64,000 bases of DNA from Verrucomicrobiales bacterium (GCA_947478865.1 CANJXF010000007.1:1273-65272); one strand, 5' to 3'. Positions 1-9,801 are shown, counted from the stretch's first letter. Numbers and translations: made by a program. Notes: generated from the letters alone by a model not told the origin.

Positions 1-961
1 CACCACATCAAGATTATTTTCACGGCTCGCTTTTCTGGCGCTTGGTTTCTTCACGCCGTTGGCTCAAGCGCAGAAAAGTTACACGATCGGGATGATCGCC
101 AAGTCGCAGGGCAATCCGTTCTTTGAAGCGGCGCGCGTGGGAGCCAATGACGCGGCGCGCGAACTCAGCGCAAAGCACGGGATCAAAATTAAAATTGATT
201 GGCGCACTCCAAACGATGAGGACGCGCAAAAGCAGGCGGAAATGATCGAGCAACTTTTGCTCAGCGGCACGGACGGAATCATCATCAGTTGCTCGGACGC
301 GAATAAGCTGACCGACGCCATCAACAAGGCGGCGAAGCAAGGCGTTCCGGTCGCGACCTATTCTGGCGATGCGCCGCAGAGCAAACGTTTCGTCGCGCTG
401 GGCATCGACGATTTCAAATGCGGCGAGCAGACCATGGAAGAACTGGCGAAAATGCTGAACGGCAAAGGTGTCGTCGCGGCCATCGATGGAAACCCGAATG
501 CGGCTAATTTGCAGAAACGCGCGGCGGGTTTTCGGGCGGCGGCGAAAAAATTTCCTGAAATAAAACTGCTCGACGTTTTCTATCACAAAGAAACCCCTCA
601 GGATGCGGTTGCGAGAATTGAGCAAGTGATGCAGGCAAATCCGGACATCGCCGGCTGGGGTTTGCTCGGCGGCTGGCCGCTGTTCACCGACAACGCGCTG
701 AAATGGAAGCCCGGCACGGTGAAATGCGTTTGCGTCGATGCCTTGCCGCAGCAACTGAGATATGTGCGCAGCGGCCACGTTCCCTTGCTCTTGTCGCAAG
801 ACGTTTACGGCTACGGCTATCGCGCTGTCGAACACGTCGTCAATAAAGTGCATTTCAAAAAAAATCCGGCAAAGGTGATGGACGATTCTCCGCTCACGCC
901 CGTGACAAAAGAAAACGTGGAGGAGTTCGCCAAGAATTGGGCCAAGTGGCTGCCCAAGTAG
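1..961 (+). CDS. Sugar ABC transporter periplasmic substrate-binding protein (type I PBP, RbsB/LacI-like); 5' end runs off the window
   Basis: The frame of ORF 59..961 stays open back to base 2. The upstream residues (..RLAFLALGFFTPLAQA/QKSY) form a signal peptide with an AQA cleavage site. The mature part has blocks typical of ribose/galactose-type binding proteins (GNPFF, DGIIIS, VATYSGD). Confidence 0.85.
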   Translation, partial: TTSRLFSRLAFLALGFFTPLAQAQKSYTIGMIAKSQGNPFFEAARVGANDAARELSAKHGIKIKIDWRTPNDEDAQKQAEMIEQLLLSGTDGIIISCSDANKLTDAINKAAKQGVPVATYSGDAPQSKRFVALGIDDFKCGEQTMEELAKMLNGKGVVAAIDGNPNAANLQKRAAGFRAAAKKFPEIKLLDVFYHKETPQDAVARIEQVMQANPDIAGWGLLGGWPLFTDNALKWKPGTVKCVCVDALPQQLRYVRSGHVPLLLSQDVYGYGYRAVEHVVNKVHFKKNPAKVMDDSPLTPVTKENVEEFAKNWAKWLPK

Positions 962-1058
962 CGAGCTCGCGCGCCGTGCGTGAAGCAACCGGGTAGTTGC
1001 ATCCGCAAAATAAATTTCGGGGCTCGACGGAATCTCGCCCCACCGACAAATTTGTTTG

Positions 1059-1796
1059 ATGTCGAACGGAACGAGTTCCGATCTTTTGATCCAGGCCGCG
1101 CATGAATTGTCCACCAAAGTGGATCGGTTGAAATTCAAGTCGCCGGTCGATCACGTTTACAATCCACTCGCCTACGCCTGGCCCGCCCACGAGGAATACC
1201 TGCGCCGCTTCGGCCTCGGTCCCAAGAAGGTTGTTTTTCTCGGAATGAATCCCGGTCCGTTCGGCATGGTGCAAACAGGAATTCCCTTTGGCGAAATCGC
1301 CGCGGTGCGCGATTGGATGCGGATTAAAGCCCCCGTCGAGAAACCAAAGAAGGAGCATGCCAAACGCCCCATTCTTGGTTTGGATTGCCCCCGCTCGGAG
1401 GTCAGCGGGGCGCGTCTCTGGAAATTATTTGCCGACCGGTTCGGTTCGGCTGAAAAGTTTTTTAAAAACCACTTCGTCGTCAACTATTGCCCGCTCGCGT
1501 TTCTTGCCGAAAGCGGCGCAAATCTTACCCCCGACAAACTGCCCAGAGCTGAAGGCGAACGCCTTTGCCGGATCTGCGATGAACATCTGCATCGCGTTCT
1601 GGAAATTCTGCAACCCGAATGGCTGGTCGGGGTCGGCGCCTTCGCCGCGGAGCGGGCAGCGTTGGTCGCGCATGGCTTGCCCGTGAAAGTTGGATTGATT
1701 CTTCACCCCAGCCCCGCCAGCCCCGCAGCCAATCGCGGCTGGTCCGAAGCGGCCACCAAGCAGTTGGTTGATCTGAAGATCTGGAAGCCCGAGTAG
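1059..1796 (+). CDS. SMUG1-family uracil-DNA glycosylase
   Basis: Both SMUG1 signature motifs are present: GMNPGPFG (motif 1) and HPSPASP (the HPSPxxP motif 2). The ATG at 1059 follows a TTG at 1056. Confidence 0.9.
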   Translation: MSNGTSSDLLIQAAHELSTKVDRLKFKSPVDHVYNPLAYAWPAHEEYLRRFGLGPKKVVFLGMNPGPFGMVQTGIPFGEIAAVRDWMRIKAPVEKPKKEHAKRPILGLDCPRSEVSGARLWKLFADRFGSAEKFFKNHFVVNYCPLAFLAESGANLTPDKLPRAEGERLCRICDEHLHRVLEILQPEWLVGVGAFAAERAALVAHGLPVKVGLILHPSPASPAANRGWSEAATKQLVDLKIWKPE

Positions 1797-1814
1797 CCGG
1801 CCCATTCCGCGCGG

Positions 1815-3179
1815 CTATTTCCCGATGCAAAATTGGCTGAAGATGGAATCGAGCAAATCTTCGTTCGTGGTCTTGCCGACGATTTCGCCGACGGCATTCA
1901 CCGCGATGCGCAAATCCATCGCGGCAAGTTCGAGCGTGAGATTCTCGCGCAGCGCGCCGATCGTTTCCGCAGTGGAACTTCTCGCCCGCTTGAGCGCGCC
2001 CTGATGCCGGGAATTGATCATCACCTGCAACATCTCCGCGCGAATTTCCCCGGCCCACACCACTTCCTTGACCGCGTCTTTTAAAGCCTCGATCCCTTTC
2101 CCGCTCAGGCAACAGACCTCCACTGTTTTCAATTCGTCCGGCAGCAGAAGTTTTTTCGGCAGATCCATTTTGTTGCGCACGAGAATTCTTTTTTTTCCGG
2201 AGAATTCCGCCAAATAGGTTTCATCCGCTGCCGTGAGCGAATCCGAATTATCCAACACGTGCAGAATCAGCTCGGCCTTGGCCAGGGTGGCGCGACTGCG
2301 ACGGATTCCCTCAATCTCAATTTCGTCACCGGAATCGCGCAGGCCAGCCGTATCGACAAACACAACGGGCAACCCGCGGATGTTCGCCGTCTCTTCAATG
2401 GTGTCGCGCGTCGTGCCGGGTATGGCGGAAACAATCGCGCGATCATGGCCGAGAAGCTGGTTGAGTAAACTGGATTTGCCCGCGTTGGGCCGGCCTACAA
2501 TCGCGGCGCGAATTCCTCGACGCAAGATCTGCCCCTCGTTGGCGGTGCGCAGCAATTCGTCCATGAACGCCACCGCATTGTCGAGGCGCTGAAGCAATTG
2601 CGCCTTCGTGTCCGGGGCAATGTCTTCGTCGGGAAAATCAATGTGCGCTTCGACATGCGCCAGGATCTTGATCATGTCGTCGCGCAACTCATTGATGCGC
2701 TGCGAAAGTTTTCCGGCCAACTGCTCGTTGGCGGCGGTGAGCGCGAGTTCGGTGCGCGCATGAATCAGGTCAGCCACGGCTTCGGCTTGCGCGAGATCGA
2801 TGCGGCCGTTGAGGAACGCGCGCTTGGTGAATTCACCGGGCATGGCCATGCGCGCGCCGCTTTCCAGCACGGTATCCAAAACCATCTTCGCGGGAAGCAG
2901 CCCGCCGTGGCAGGTGATCTCCACGACATCTTCGCGCGTCAACGTGCGCGGAGCGCGCATCACGGCAACCATCACTTCATCGATGGTTCGCCCGCCCTGC
3001 ACGACCTTGCCGTAGTGAATCGTGTGCGTCAGGGCCTGCGACGGTTTGGCGGAATTCTTTCCGGAAGCAACAAAGCACTGGTCAGCGATGGCGAGCGCCG
3101 CCGCGCCGGAAAGCCGCACGACGGCGAGTCCGCCTTCTCCCAACGGCGTGGCGATGGCGGCAATGGTATCTTCGAGCAT
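1815..3179 (-). CDS. mnmE: tRNA modification GTPase MnmE (TrmE)
   Basis: 454 aa. G-domain motifs GRPNAGKSSLLN, DTAG and NKMD are present, plus the diagnostic C-terminal CIGK. Confidence 0.95.
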   Translation of the reverse strand: MLEDTIAAIATPLGEGGLAVVRLSGAAALAIADQCFVASGKNSAKPSQALTHTIHYGKVVQGGRTIDEVMVAVMRAPRTLTREDVVEITCHGGLLPAKMVLDTVLESGARMAMPGEFTKRAFLNGRIDLAQAEAVADLIHARTELALTAANEQLAGKLSQRINELRDDMIKILAHVEAHIDFPDEDIAPDTKAQLLQRLDNAVAFMDELLRTANEGQILRRGIRAAIVGRPNAGKSSLLNQLLGHDRAIVSAIPGTTRDTIEETANIRGLPVVFVDTAGLRDSGDEIEIEGIRRSRATLAKAELILHVLDNSDSLTAADETYLAEFSGKKRILVRNKMDLPKKLLLPDELKTVEVCCLSGKGIEALKDAVKEVVWAGEIRAEMLQVMINSRHQGALKRARSSTAETIGALRENLTLELAAMDLRIAVNAVGEIVGKTTNEDLLDSIFSQFCIGK

Positions 3180-3188
3180 GCGAATAAT

Positions 3189-3437
3189 TCAGTGACACTT
3201 GCCGCGAACATTTTCCGCCGCGCGGCCCTGCAGCAGCAATCGCGCTTTTTCGTAACTGCGCTTGTGCATGTAGTGCAGCAAATCCGGTTCGGTGCCGCGC
3301 GGCAGTTGCGCGGTCAATTCATCCAGCCGCGTGAAGAGCGGCAGCAAATCCGGCTTCGGATTCGTGGCGGCGAGATTCTGGATCGTTTTCTCCAGCTCCA
3401 GCAGCGACTGCAAAATCGTTTGTTCCGTGTCGGTCAT
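3189..3437 (-). CDS. Small helical hypothetical protein, probably co-transcribed with mnmE
   Basis: 82-aa ORF with an ATG start, ending 9 nt before the mnmE start on the same strand. I recognise no family. Confidence 0.45.
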   Translation of the reverse strand: MTDTEQTILQSLLELEKTIQNLAATNPKPDLLPLFTRLDELTAQLPRGTEPDLLHYMHKRSYEKARLLLQGRAAENVRGKCH

Positions 3438-3567
3438 CTGGAATTAATAGCGCAAGCCGCGCGCTTCCGCTCGAAAAATCTCGGCTCCTTCCGCTCCGCC
3501 AGGGGAAGGCATCTTTAATCTAGCGGCTTAGCTCAATAATTATTATTGTCCGGCAACTTCGAAAAAA

Positions 3568-5409
3568 GTGATGCATCCAAAAACCAAATCCACGCAGCCG
3601 GATTCCGCCATTTTCCTCGGAATCGAATGCGGCGGAACTCACAGCGCGGCCATCGCCGCGCGAGCCACTGGCCAGAAGCTGTTCCATTACACGGGCGGGC
3701 CGGCCAACCTGCGGTTGCTCACCGACCAGCAACTGGCGAAACACTTTGCCGAGATTCGCAGCGCGCACAACGGGCTGCCGGACATCAGCGGGCTGGCCAT
3801 CGGCATGGCCGGCGCGCGCACCGAGCAGGATCGCAAACGCATTCGCGCTGCTGCCGCCACGATCTGGCCGCACGTCCCGTGCTACGTCACCAATGATTTG
3901 GAAACAGCCCTGGCTGCGGCGGAAACCAAAGGAGACGCGAAAGCCACGTCGCGCGTGGTGATCATCAGCGGCACCGGCTCCTGTTGTTTTGGAAAAAACG
4001 CGCTCGGCAAAACCGCAAAACTGGGCGGCTGGGGGCATCTCCTCGGCGACAAAGGTTCCGGTTACGAAATCGGGATGCGCGCGCTCAAAGCCTCGGTTTA
4101 TTATTACGATCGCGACGGCAAATGGCCGTTGCTCGGGCAAAAAATCCTTCGCTCGCTGCAATTGAATCATCCGAACGATTTGATCGGCTGGGTTCTGAGC
4201 GCGCCGAAAACCGATGTCGCCGCCCTCGCCGTCGCCGTGTTCGAAGCATGGAAGAAAAAGGACAAAATCGCCGCGGACATTTTGGCCGGCGCCGCCGAAA
4301 GCCTGGCCAACGATGCGGTGGCTTGCGCCCGCAAACTTTCCAAGCCGAAATCGCCGATGTATTTCGTGCTGGCGGGAAGCGTTTTGCTCAAGCAGCCGAA
4401 ATTCGCTGCGCTGATTCGGCAAAAGATTTTAAAACAATGGCCGGGCGCCGTCGTGGCACCGTTGAAACGCGAAAGCGTTTGGGGCGCGGTGGAGCTGGCC
4501 AAAACAGAGACGCGCGCGGCAGAGCGAATTCCGGCAAAACCGTACGTGCTCCTCGAAAAACAGGCGACGCATTCCCCGATGTCCGCGGCCTTTGCCCTGT
4601 CGCCAACCGAGGGACGCAACCCGCTCTCGATGGATCTCGATCGGCTGCCCATTTCCGAAGCGATCGCTTTGATGCTCAAGGAAGATGCCAGGTTGCCGGA
4701 CGCCATTGCGGCGGAGGCGGGCGCCATTGAAAAGACCATCGGTTTTGTGATCAAGGCCTTCAAAGGAGGCGGAAGATTATTTTACATCGGCGCGGGGACC
4801 AGCGGGCGTCTTGGAATTCTGGACGCGAGCGAATGTCCGCCGACTTTCCGCACGCCACCCGAAATGGTCCAGGGAATCATCGCGGGCGGCCAGAGCGCGA
4901 TCTGGAAAGCCGTGGAAGGCGCGGAGGACGACGCCAATGCCGGCGCGGAAGCGATGCAGTTGAACAACATTTCCGAGCGCGATGTCGTCATCGGAATTGC
5001 CGCCAGCGGGCGCACGCCCTTTGTCTGGGGCGCATTGCTCGAAGCGAAACGGCGCGGGGCGAAAACGGTTCTGCTCTGCTTCAACCCGCACGTCAAACAA
5101 CTGGCCGGAACCCGCCCGCACCTCATCATCGCGCCCAACGTGGGCCCGGAAATTCTCACCGGCTCCACCCGTTTGAAAGCCGGCACGGCCACGAAGCTGG
5201 TGCTCAACATCATTTCCACGCTGGCGATGGTGCGCATCGGCAAAGTGAAGAGCAATTTGATGATCGACCTTAATCCTTCCAACGTGAAGCTTCGCGACCG
5301 CGCGGTGCGCATCGTGCAGGAACTCAAATCCGTGGACGCCACCACGGCCCACGCCGCCCTCGAGAAAACCGGCTGGGTGGTCAAGGACGCCTGCCAGCTG
5401 CTCAAGTGA
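3568..5409 (+). CDS. murQ: Fusion protein: BadF/BadG/BcrA/BcrD-type sugar kinase (GlcNAc/MurNAc-kinase-like) plus N-acetylmuramic acid 6-phosphate etherase MurQ
   Basis: The N-terminal ~300 aa carry ASKHA kinase motifs (LGIECGGTHS, IISGTGS, GGWGHLLGDKGSGYEIG). The C-terminal ~300 aa form a MurQ SIS domain (GGRLFYIGAGTSGRLGILDASECPPTF, GIAASGRTPF, LTGSTRLKAGTATK). GTG at 3568, ATG at 3571. Confidence 0.85.
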   Translation: MMHPKTKSTQPDSAIFLGIECGGTHSAAIAARATGQKLFHYTGGPANLRLLTDQQLAKHFAEIRSAHNGLPDISGLAIGMAGARTEQDRKRIRAAAATIWPHVPCYVTNDLETALAAAETKGDAKATSRVVIISGTGSCCFGKNALGKTAKLGGWGHLLGDKGSGYEIGMRALKASVYYYDRDGKWPLLGQKILRSLQLNHPNDLIGWVLSAPKTDVAALAVAVFEAWKKKDKIAADILAGAAESLANDAVACARKLSKPKSPMYFVLAGSVLLKQPKFAALIRQKILKQWPGAVVAPLKRESVWGAVELAKTETRAAERIPAKPYVLLEKQATHSPMSAAFALSPTEGRNPLSMDLDRLPISEAIALMLKEDARLPDAIAAEAGAIEKTIGFVIKAFKGGGRLFYIGAGTSGRLGILDASECPPTFRTPPEMVQGIIAGGQSAIWKAVEGAEDDANAGAEAMQLNNISERDVVIGIAASGRTPFVWGALLEAKRRGAKTVLLCFNPHVKQLAGTRPHLIIAPNVGPEILTGSTRLKAGTATKLVLNIISTLAMVRIGKVKSNLMIDLNPSNVKLRDRAVRIVQELKSVDATTAHAALEKTGWVVKDACQLLK

Positions 5410-5414
5410 AACCG

Positions 5415-5442
5415 GGCGCCGAGTGAATTTGATTTCGGCGCC
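5415..5442 (+). terminator. Stem-loop after the kinase-MurQ gene (terminator candidate without a clear U-tract)
   Basis: A perfect 8-bp stem GGCGCCGA / TCGGCGCC with a 12-nt loop starts 6 nt after the stop. Only a weak T-rich stretch follows. Confidence 0.4.
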
Positions 5443-5463
5443 GCCATCAGCAATTTTAGAAAT

Positions 5464-5817
5464 ATGACCCGGGGATTTTCCAAACAATTATCTCTGCTCC
5501 CAATCCTGGTTGCCAGCGCCCTGCTCCTGCTCGGCTGCGCCTCCTCGAAAATCAATTGGGAGGGCCGCGTCGGGACTTACACCTGCGATCAGGCGGTGAT
5601 TGAACTCGGCCCGCCGGATCGCTCAGCGAAATTATCGGACGGCAAAACCGTTTCCGAATGGCTGCTCTATCGGGGGCGTGCCGGCAGTTCCTACCATTAC
5701 GCCCCGAGCCCCGGCGGCTTCTGGTCTTACAGCGACCCGGGCTTTCCGGACCGTTTTATCCGCCTGACCTTTTCCGCGGACGGCCGGCTGGAGAGCTGGA
5801 AAAAAGTTTTGAAATAA
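5464..5817 (+). CDS. Small lipoprotein, BamE/SmpA-OmlA-like
   Basis: Signal peptide with lipobox LLLGC. Size and pattern resemble the second small lipoprotein at 26632. Confidence 0.55.
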   Translation: MTRGFSKQLSLLPILVASALLLLGCASSKINWEGRVGTYTCDQAVIELGPPDRSAKLSDGKTVSEWLLYRGRAGSSYHYAPSPGGFWSYSDPGFPDRFIRLTFSADGRLESWKKVLK

Positions 5818-5866
5818 CCTCTTTCTCATCTTCCGTTTTTCAAAGGCGCATGGTTTACTCGCCGCG

Positions 5867-6205
5867 TTGAAAGCGAACCTCACCATCTGGGATAAGTTGA
5901 CGCGAGTCGTTGTTTTTCTGCTGCTTTGCGCCGCCCTCATCGGCATTGCGCTCTGGTATGCGCCCGTCATCCGGAAAAACGAGGGGATGCGCAAAGACCG
6001 CCTGGAACTCGACAAGAAGATTGAAAAGGAATTGGAACTCTCCAAGAAATTTGACTCCTCCATCAAGGCGATGCAGGACCCGCGCACGGTCGAACGGCTT
6101 GCGCGCGAAAAACTGCGCTACGCCAAACCCGGCGAGACCGTCATCATTTTCGACCCGCCGCCGACCAACAATAACAACAGTTCCGGCCGGCCGGAACGCC
6201 CCTGA
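5867..6205 (+). CDS. ftsB: Septum formation initiator family protein (FtsB/DivIC-like)
   Basis: It has one N-terminal TM helix, then a coiled coil (RKDRLELDKKIEKELELSKK) and the conserved ERLAREKLRYAKPGE block. TTG start. Confidence 0.7.
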   Translation: MKANLTIWDKLTRVVVFLLLCAALIGIALWYAPVIRKNEGMRKDRLELDKKIEKELELSKKFDSSIKAMQDPRTVERLAREKLRYAKPGETVIIFDPPPTNNNNSSGRPERP

Positions 6206-6214
6206 CAACCGCCG

Positions 6215-6769
6215 TCAAACGGTCATGATTTCTTTTTCTTTGGCCATCACGTGCGCGTCAATTTTCGACACGTAGAGATCAGTGAGTTTTTGAATCTCTT
6301 TTTCCGCCGCTTCCACCTGGTCTTCCGTGACGCCGTCCTTTTCCTTCTTTAAATGCTCCAGCGCGTCCCGGCGCACATGCCGGATCGCCACCCGCCCGTC
6401 CTCGGCCATCTTCTTCACGATCTTCGTGAACTCAATGCGCCGTTCCGTGCTCAATTCCGGCAGAACGATCCGGATAAACTTCCCCTGCACGGCGGGGTTC
6501 AGGCCCAGGTTCGCCTTTTGAATCGCCTTTTCAATCGGCTGCACCGATGTCGTGTCCCAGGGTTGGATCATCAACATGCGCGGTTCCGGCGCCGTGATTC
6601 CGGCCAGCTCGCGAATCCGCATGTGCGAGCCATAAACTTCCACAAGAATATTCTCAACCAGCGACGGCGACGCCTTTCCCGTTCGCACCCCGGAGAATTC
6701 GTTTTGCACAACGTCCTCGGTCTTGATCATCTTCTCTTCCGCTTCCAACAAAATGTCGTCCAGTGCCAT
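6215..6769 (-). CDS. frr: Ribosome recycling factor
   Basis: The 184-aa product begins MALDDILLEAEEKM, which fits full-length Frr. The 96 upstream in-frame codons of ORF 6215..7057 are not Frr-like. Confidence 0.95.
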   Translation of the reverse strand: MALDDILLEAEEKMIKTEDVVQNEFSGVRTGKASPSLVENILVEVYGSHMRIRELAGITAPEPRMLMIQPWDTTSVQPIEKAIQKANLGLNPAVQGKFIRIVLPELSTERRIEFTKIVKKMAEDGRVAIRHVRRDALEHLKKEKDGVTEDQVEAAEKEIQKLTDLYVSKIDAHVMAKEKEIMTV

Positions 6770-7278
6770 AAAATTTCCTTCAGTTGAAACCGCTCTCCAA
6801 ATCGGAGACTTGTAAGAACAATAAGAAAAGAAACGCAAAACGCCAGCCAGCAAATCAAACTGGAGCTCGCCCCCGCCTAGGCATCGCGCAACAAATTCGG
6901 GCACACCTGCTTTCCCAAGTGCCAGCGGCACGACCGGCCATATCCTCGGGTCGAGCGCCCGCGAACACCCGGGTTTCATGCCTCCACTCCGTTGAGCACT
7001 TTGCCGAAGGCGCGAGCGCAGCCGAGCTTCATCCGCGATGCGCCGGGTCATGGTCAAAATGAAATCCAGATCTCCTCGTGCGGGGATGGAAGCTCGCGGG
7101 GCTCGCGCCTGCGGCAGAATGGTTCCGCGGCCATCGCGCCGCAGCAGTCCACCAAGGTCCGCCCATATGGCATGATCGGCATCAGGCTCGATGCGGTGGA
7201 TATAGCGCCCCGGTCAGGCCGGAAAAGAAAACCGCAGAGAAGACTTCAGGTCGTTCGACCGGGCTTGTTCAACAACGG

Positions 7279-7596
7279 CTAGCTTCGACGCTCCTTCGCT
7301 CCGCTCAGTCGGTCAAAGCTAGCCTTGGAGGTTGGCATAGGATCCCCTCTGATTTTTGCTTTAGCAAACGCAGGTAAAATCATGAGCACAACGTGCAGCA
7401 CCGTAACTCCAAAGCAGCACCAGGCCAATCGTCGGTGCTGTCGAAAGATAAAAAGCCCTCTGATAAAGCAGATTAGTGTAGTGAAAATCCATATGATAAA
7501 AAACGGCAGCCATAGTGTGTGATCAATGCGAAGGATAAACAGGAGTCCTAAAAACATCACAACCGGCAAAAGCAAAATAGATATTGTAAGCTTCAT
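7279..7596 (-). CDS. Hypothetical 3-TM membrane protein in an AT-richer insert
   Basis: 105-aa ORF with an ATG start and three hydrophobic segments, clearly lower in GC than the flanks. No recognisable family, and AT-rich DNA can produce such ORFs by chance. Confidence 0.4.
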   Translation of the reverse strand: MKLTISILLLPVVMFLGLLFILRIDHTLWLPFFIIWIFTTLICFIRGLFIFRQHRRLAWCCFGVTVLHVVLMILPAFAKAKIRGDPMPTSKASFDRLSGAKERRS

Positions 7597-8016
7597 GGCT
7601 TCCGTGGCCTAGACCGTATGGCTTAACGAAGGGTTTAAGAGGGCGTTTGGATCCGGTAGAATGCGGGTGGCCGGGCGTGAGCCAGGCCGAGCCGGAAGGT
7701 GAAAGTTCCGCCGTTGAAACAAGGAATCATCCACAAGCTCAGAAAGGAAACAAGCGCCCATGAACAAAACAGTGCATCACATCGGTTGGGCCGTCCACAA
7801 AGAACCGATGGCCGGCGCAACCGCCCCGGAGAAGAGCAGTGAGATGGGTTTGACAGGACCAGTCTGACTCCAGGAGCTTCAGGAAATCTTCGGAAGAAAA
7901 AACTGCAACCTGCTCCAAAACCACCCCGCTACTTCACCCTCACTTCCTATCCCAAAACAGTTCTCACACAGACTCGCGCGCAAGGCTGCCTAGCGCAGCG
8001 GAGAAGGGCCCGGCGG

Positions 8017-8757
<741 letters not shown>

Positions 8758-8835
8758 CTAACAGCGGACGGCGCAATCGTCAACTGCGGGGGCTGAAGCG
8801 CAGGGGAAAAATGAATTGGCGCGAGGGCGGCCGCC

Positions 8836-8870
8836 AATAAAAAAGCCGGACTTCGCGGGGAAGTCCGGCT
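8836..8870 (-). terminator. Rho-independent terminator downstream of tsf
   Basis: The minus strand reads AGCCGGACTTC-CCCGC-GAAGTCCGGCT (perfect 11-bp stem, 5-nt loop) followed by TTTTTATT, about 20 nt after the tsf stop. Confidence 0.8.
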
Positions 8871-8889
8871 GCGGAAAGAGGAGGTGGAA

Positions 8890-9732
8890 TTAAGCGGCAG
8901 GCGTTTCGCCGACTTGAAAGCGGACGAAGCTGCGGATGACAATGTCGTCGCCGAGTTGCTTGGAAACGCTGGCGATGTGCTCGCGAACGGTGATTTCGGA
9001 ATTCTTTTTGACGAAGCCTTGATCGAGCAGACAATAGGTCTGGTAGAATTTCTCGAGTTTGCCCTCGACGATTTTCGCAACGGCCTGGGCTGGCTTGCCT
9101 TTGACTTGTTCCATGGCGATTTCTTTTTCCTTGGCAACGACGTCGGCATTCAACTGCTCGCGGGACACCACGGAGGGGTGCGCAGCGGCGATTTGCAAGG
9201 TGATGTCGCGGACCACCTGCTTGAAGTCATCGTTGGCGACGGTTTCTTGTTTACCCGCGCCGACTTCGACCAGGACGCCGACCTTGGCGCCAGTGTGGAT
9301 GTAAGCGGCGACCAAGCCGTTGCCAGTGACTTCGAGGCGATGGAAGCGGGAAATCTTGATGTTTTCGCCGATCTTGCCGACTTGCGCGGTGCGGTCGGCT
9401 TCCAAATCGATGGCGGGATTTGCGGCCAATTTTTTGGCGATATCATCGCAGAACGCCAGGAAGGTTTCGTTGCGGGCGACGAAATCCGTTTCGCAATTGA
9501 TCTCGACGATGACGCCGACTTTGGCGCCGGGTTGAATGTGTTGGGCGATGACGCCTTCATTGGCTTCGCGAGTCGCTTTTTTCGCCGCGGAAGCAGCGCC
9601 ACGTTTGCGCAAAAGATCAACGGCAGCCTCCAGGTCTCCCTGGGCTTCGGTGAGCGCTTTTTTGCAATCCATCAAGCCTGCGTTGGTCATTTCGCGCAGC
9701 TTGCCAACTGATGCAGCAGTAATTTCAGCCAT
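8890..9732 (-). CDS. tsf: Translation elongation factor Ts
   Basis: The 280-aa product starts MAEITAASVGKLREMTNAGLMDCKKAL (UBA-like N-terminus). The ATG at 9732 is preferred over the upstream extension to 9783. Confidence 0.95.
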   Translation of the reverse strand: MAEITAASVGKLREMTNAGLMDCKKALTEAQGDLEAAVDLLRKRGAASAAKKATREANEGVIAQHIQPGAKVGVIVEINCETDFVARNETFLAFCDDIAKKLAANPAIDLEADRTAQVGKIGENIKISRFHRLEVTGNGLVAAYIHTGAKVGVLVEVGAGKQETVANDDFKQVVRDITLQIAAAHPSVVSREQLNADVVAKEKEIAMEQVKGKPAQAVAKIVEGKLEKFYQTYCLLDQGFVKKNSEITVREHIASVSKQLGDDIVIRSFVRFQVGETPAA

Positions 9733-9801
9733 AATATTTTTTGGGTAAGAAAATGAAAACGGAATGCCGGGATTATCCGGCATTCCGCAAGGAATTGTTA
9801 A

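Noticed and set aside
20-1138. 372-aa ORF antisense to the sugar-binding-protein gene
   Set aside because: The product is Arg/Gly/Ala-rich and low in complexity. It fully overlaps a gene with a clear family signature on the other strand. This is a typical GC-driven shadow ORF.
6770-7057. 96-codon N-terminal extension of frr in ORF 6215..7057
   Set aside because: Frr is complete from the ATG at 6769 (MALDDILL..). The extension has no Frr similarity and runs into the insert region.
6900-7262. Possible decayed PIN/VapC toxin on the minus strand (..DADHAIWADLGGLLRRDGRG..)
   Set aside because: Only about 20 residues resemble the central VapC motif. The acidic catalytic residues and the N- and C-terminal motifs cannot be found, and stops interrupt the frame. 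This is too weak to call, so it is mentioned only within the insertion finding.
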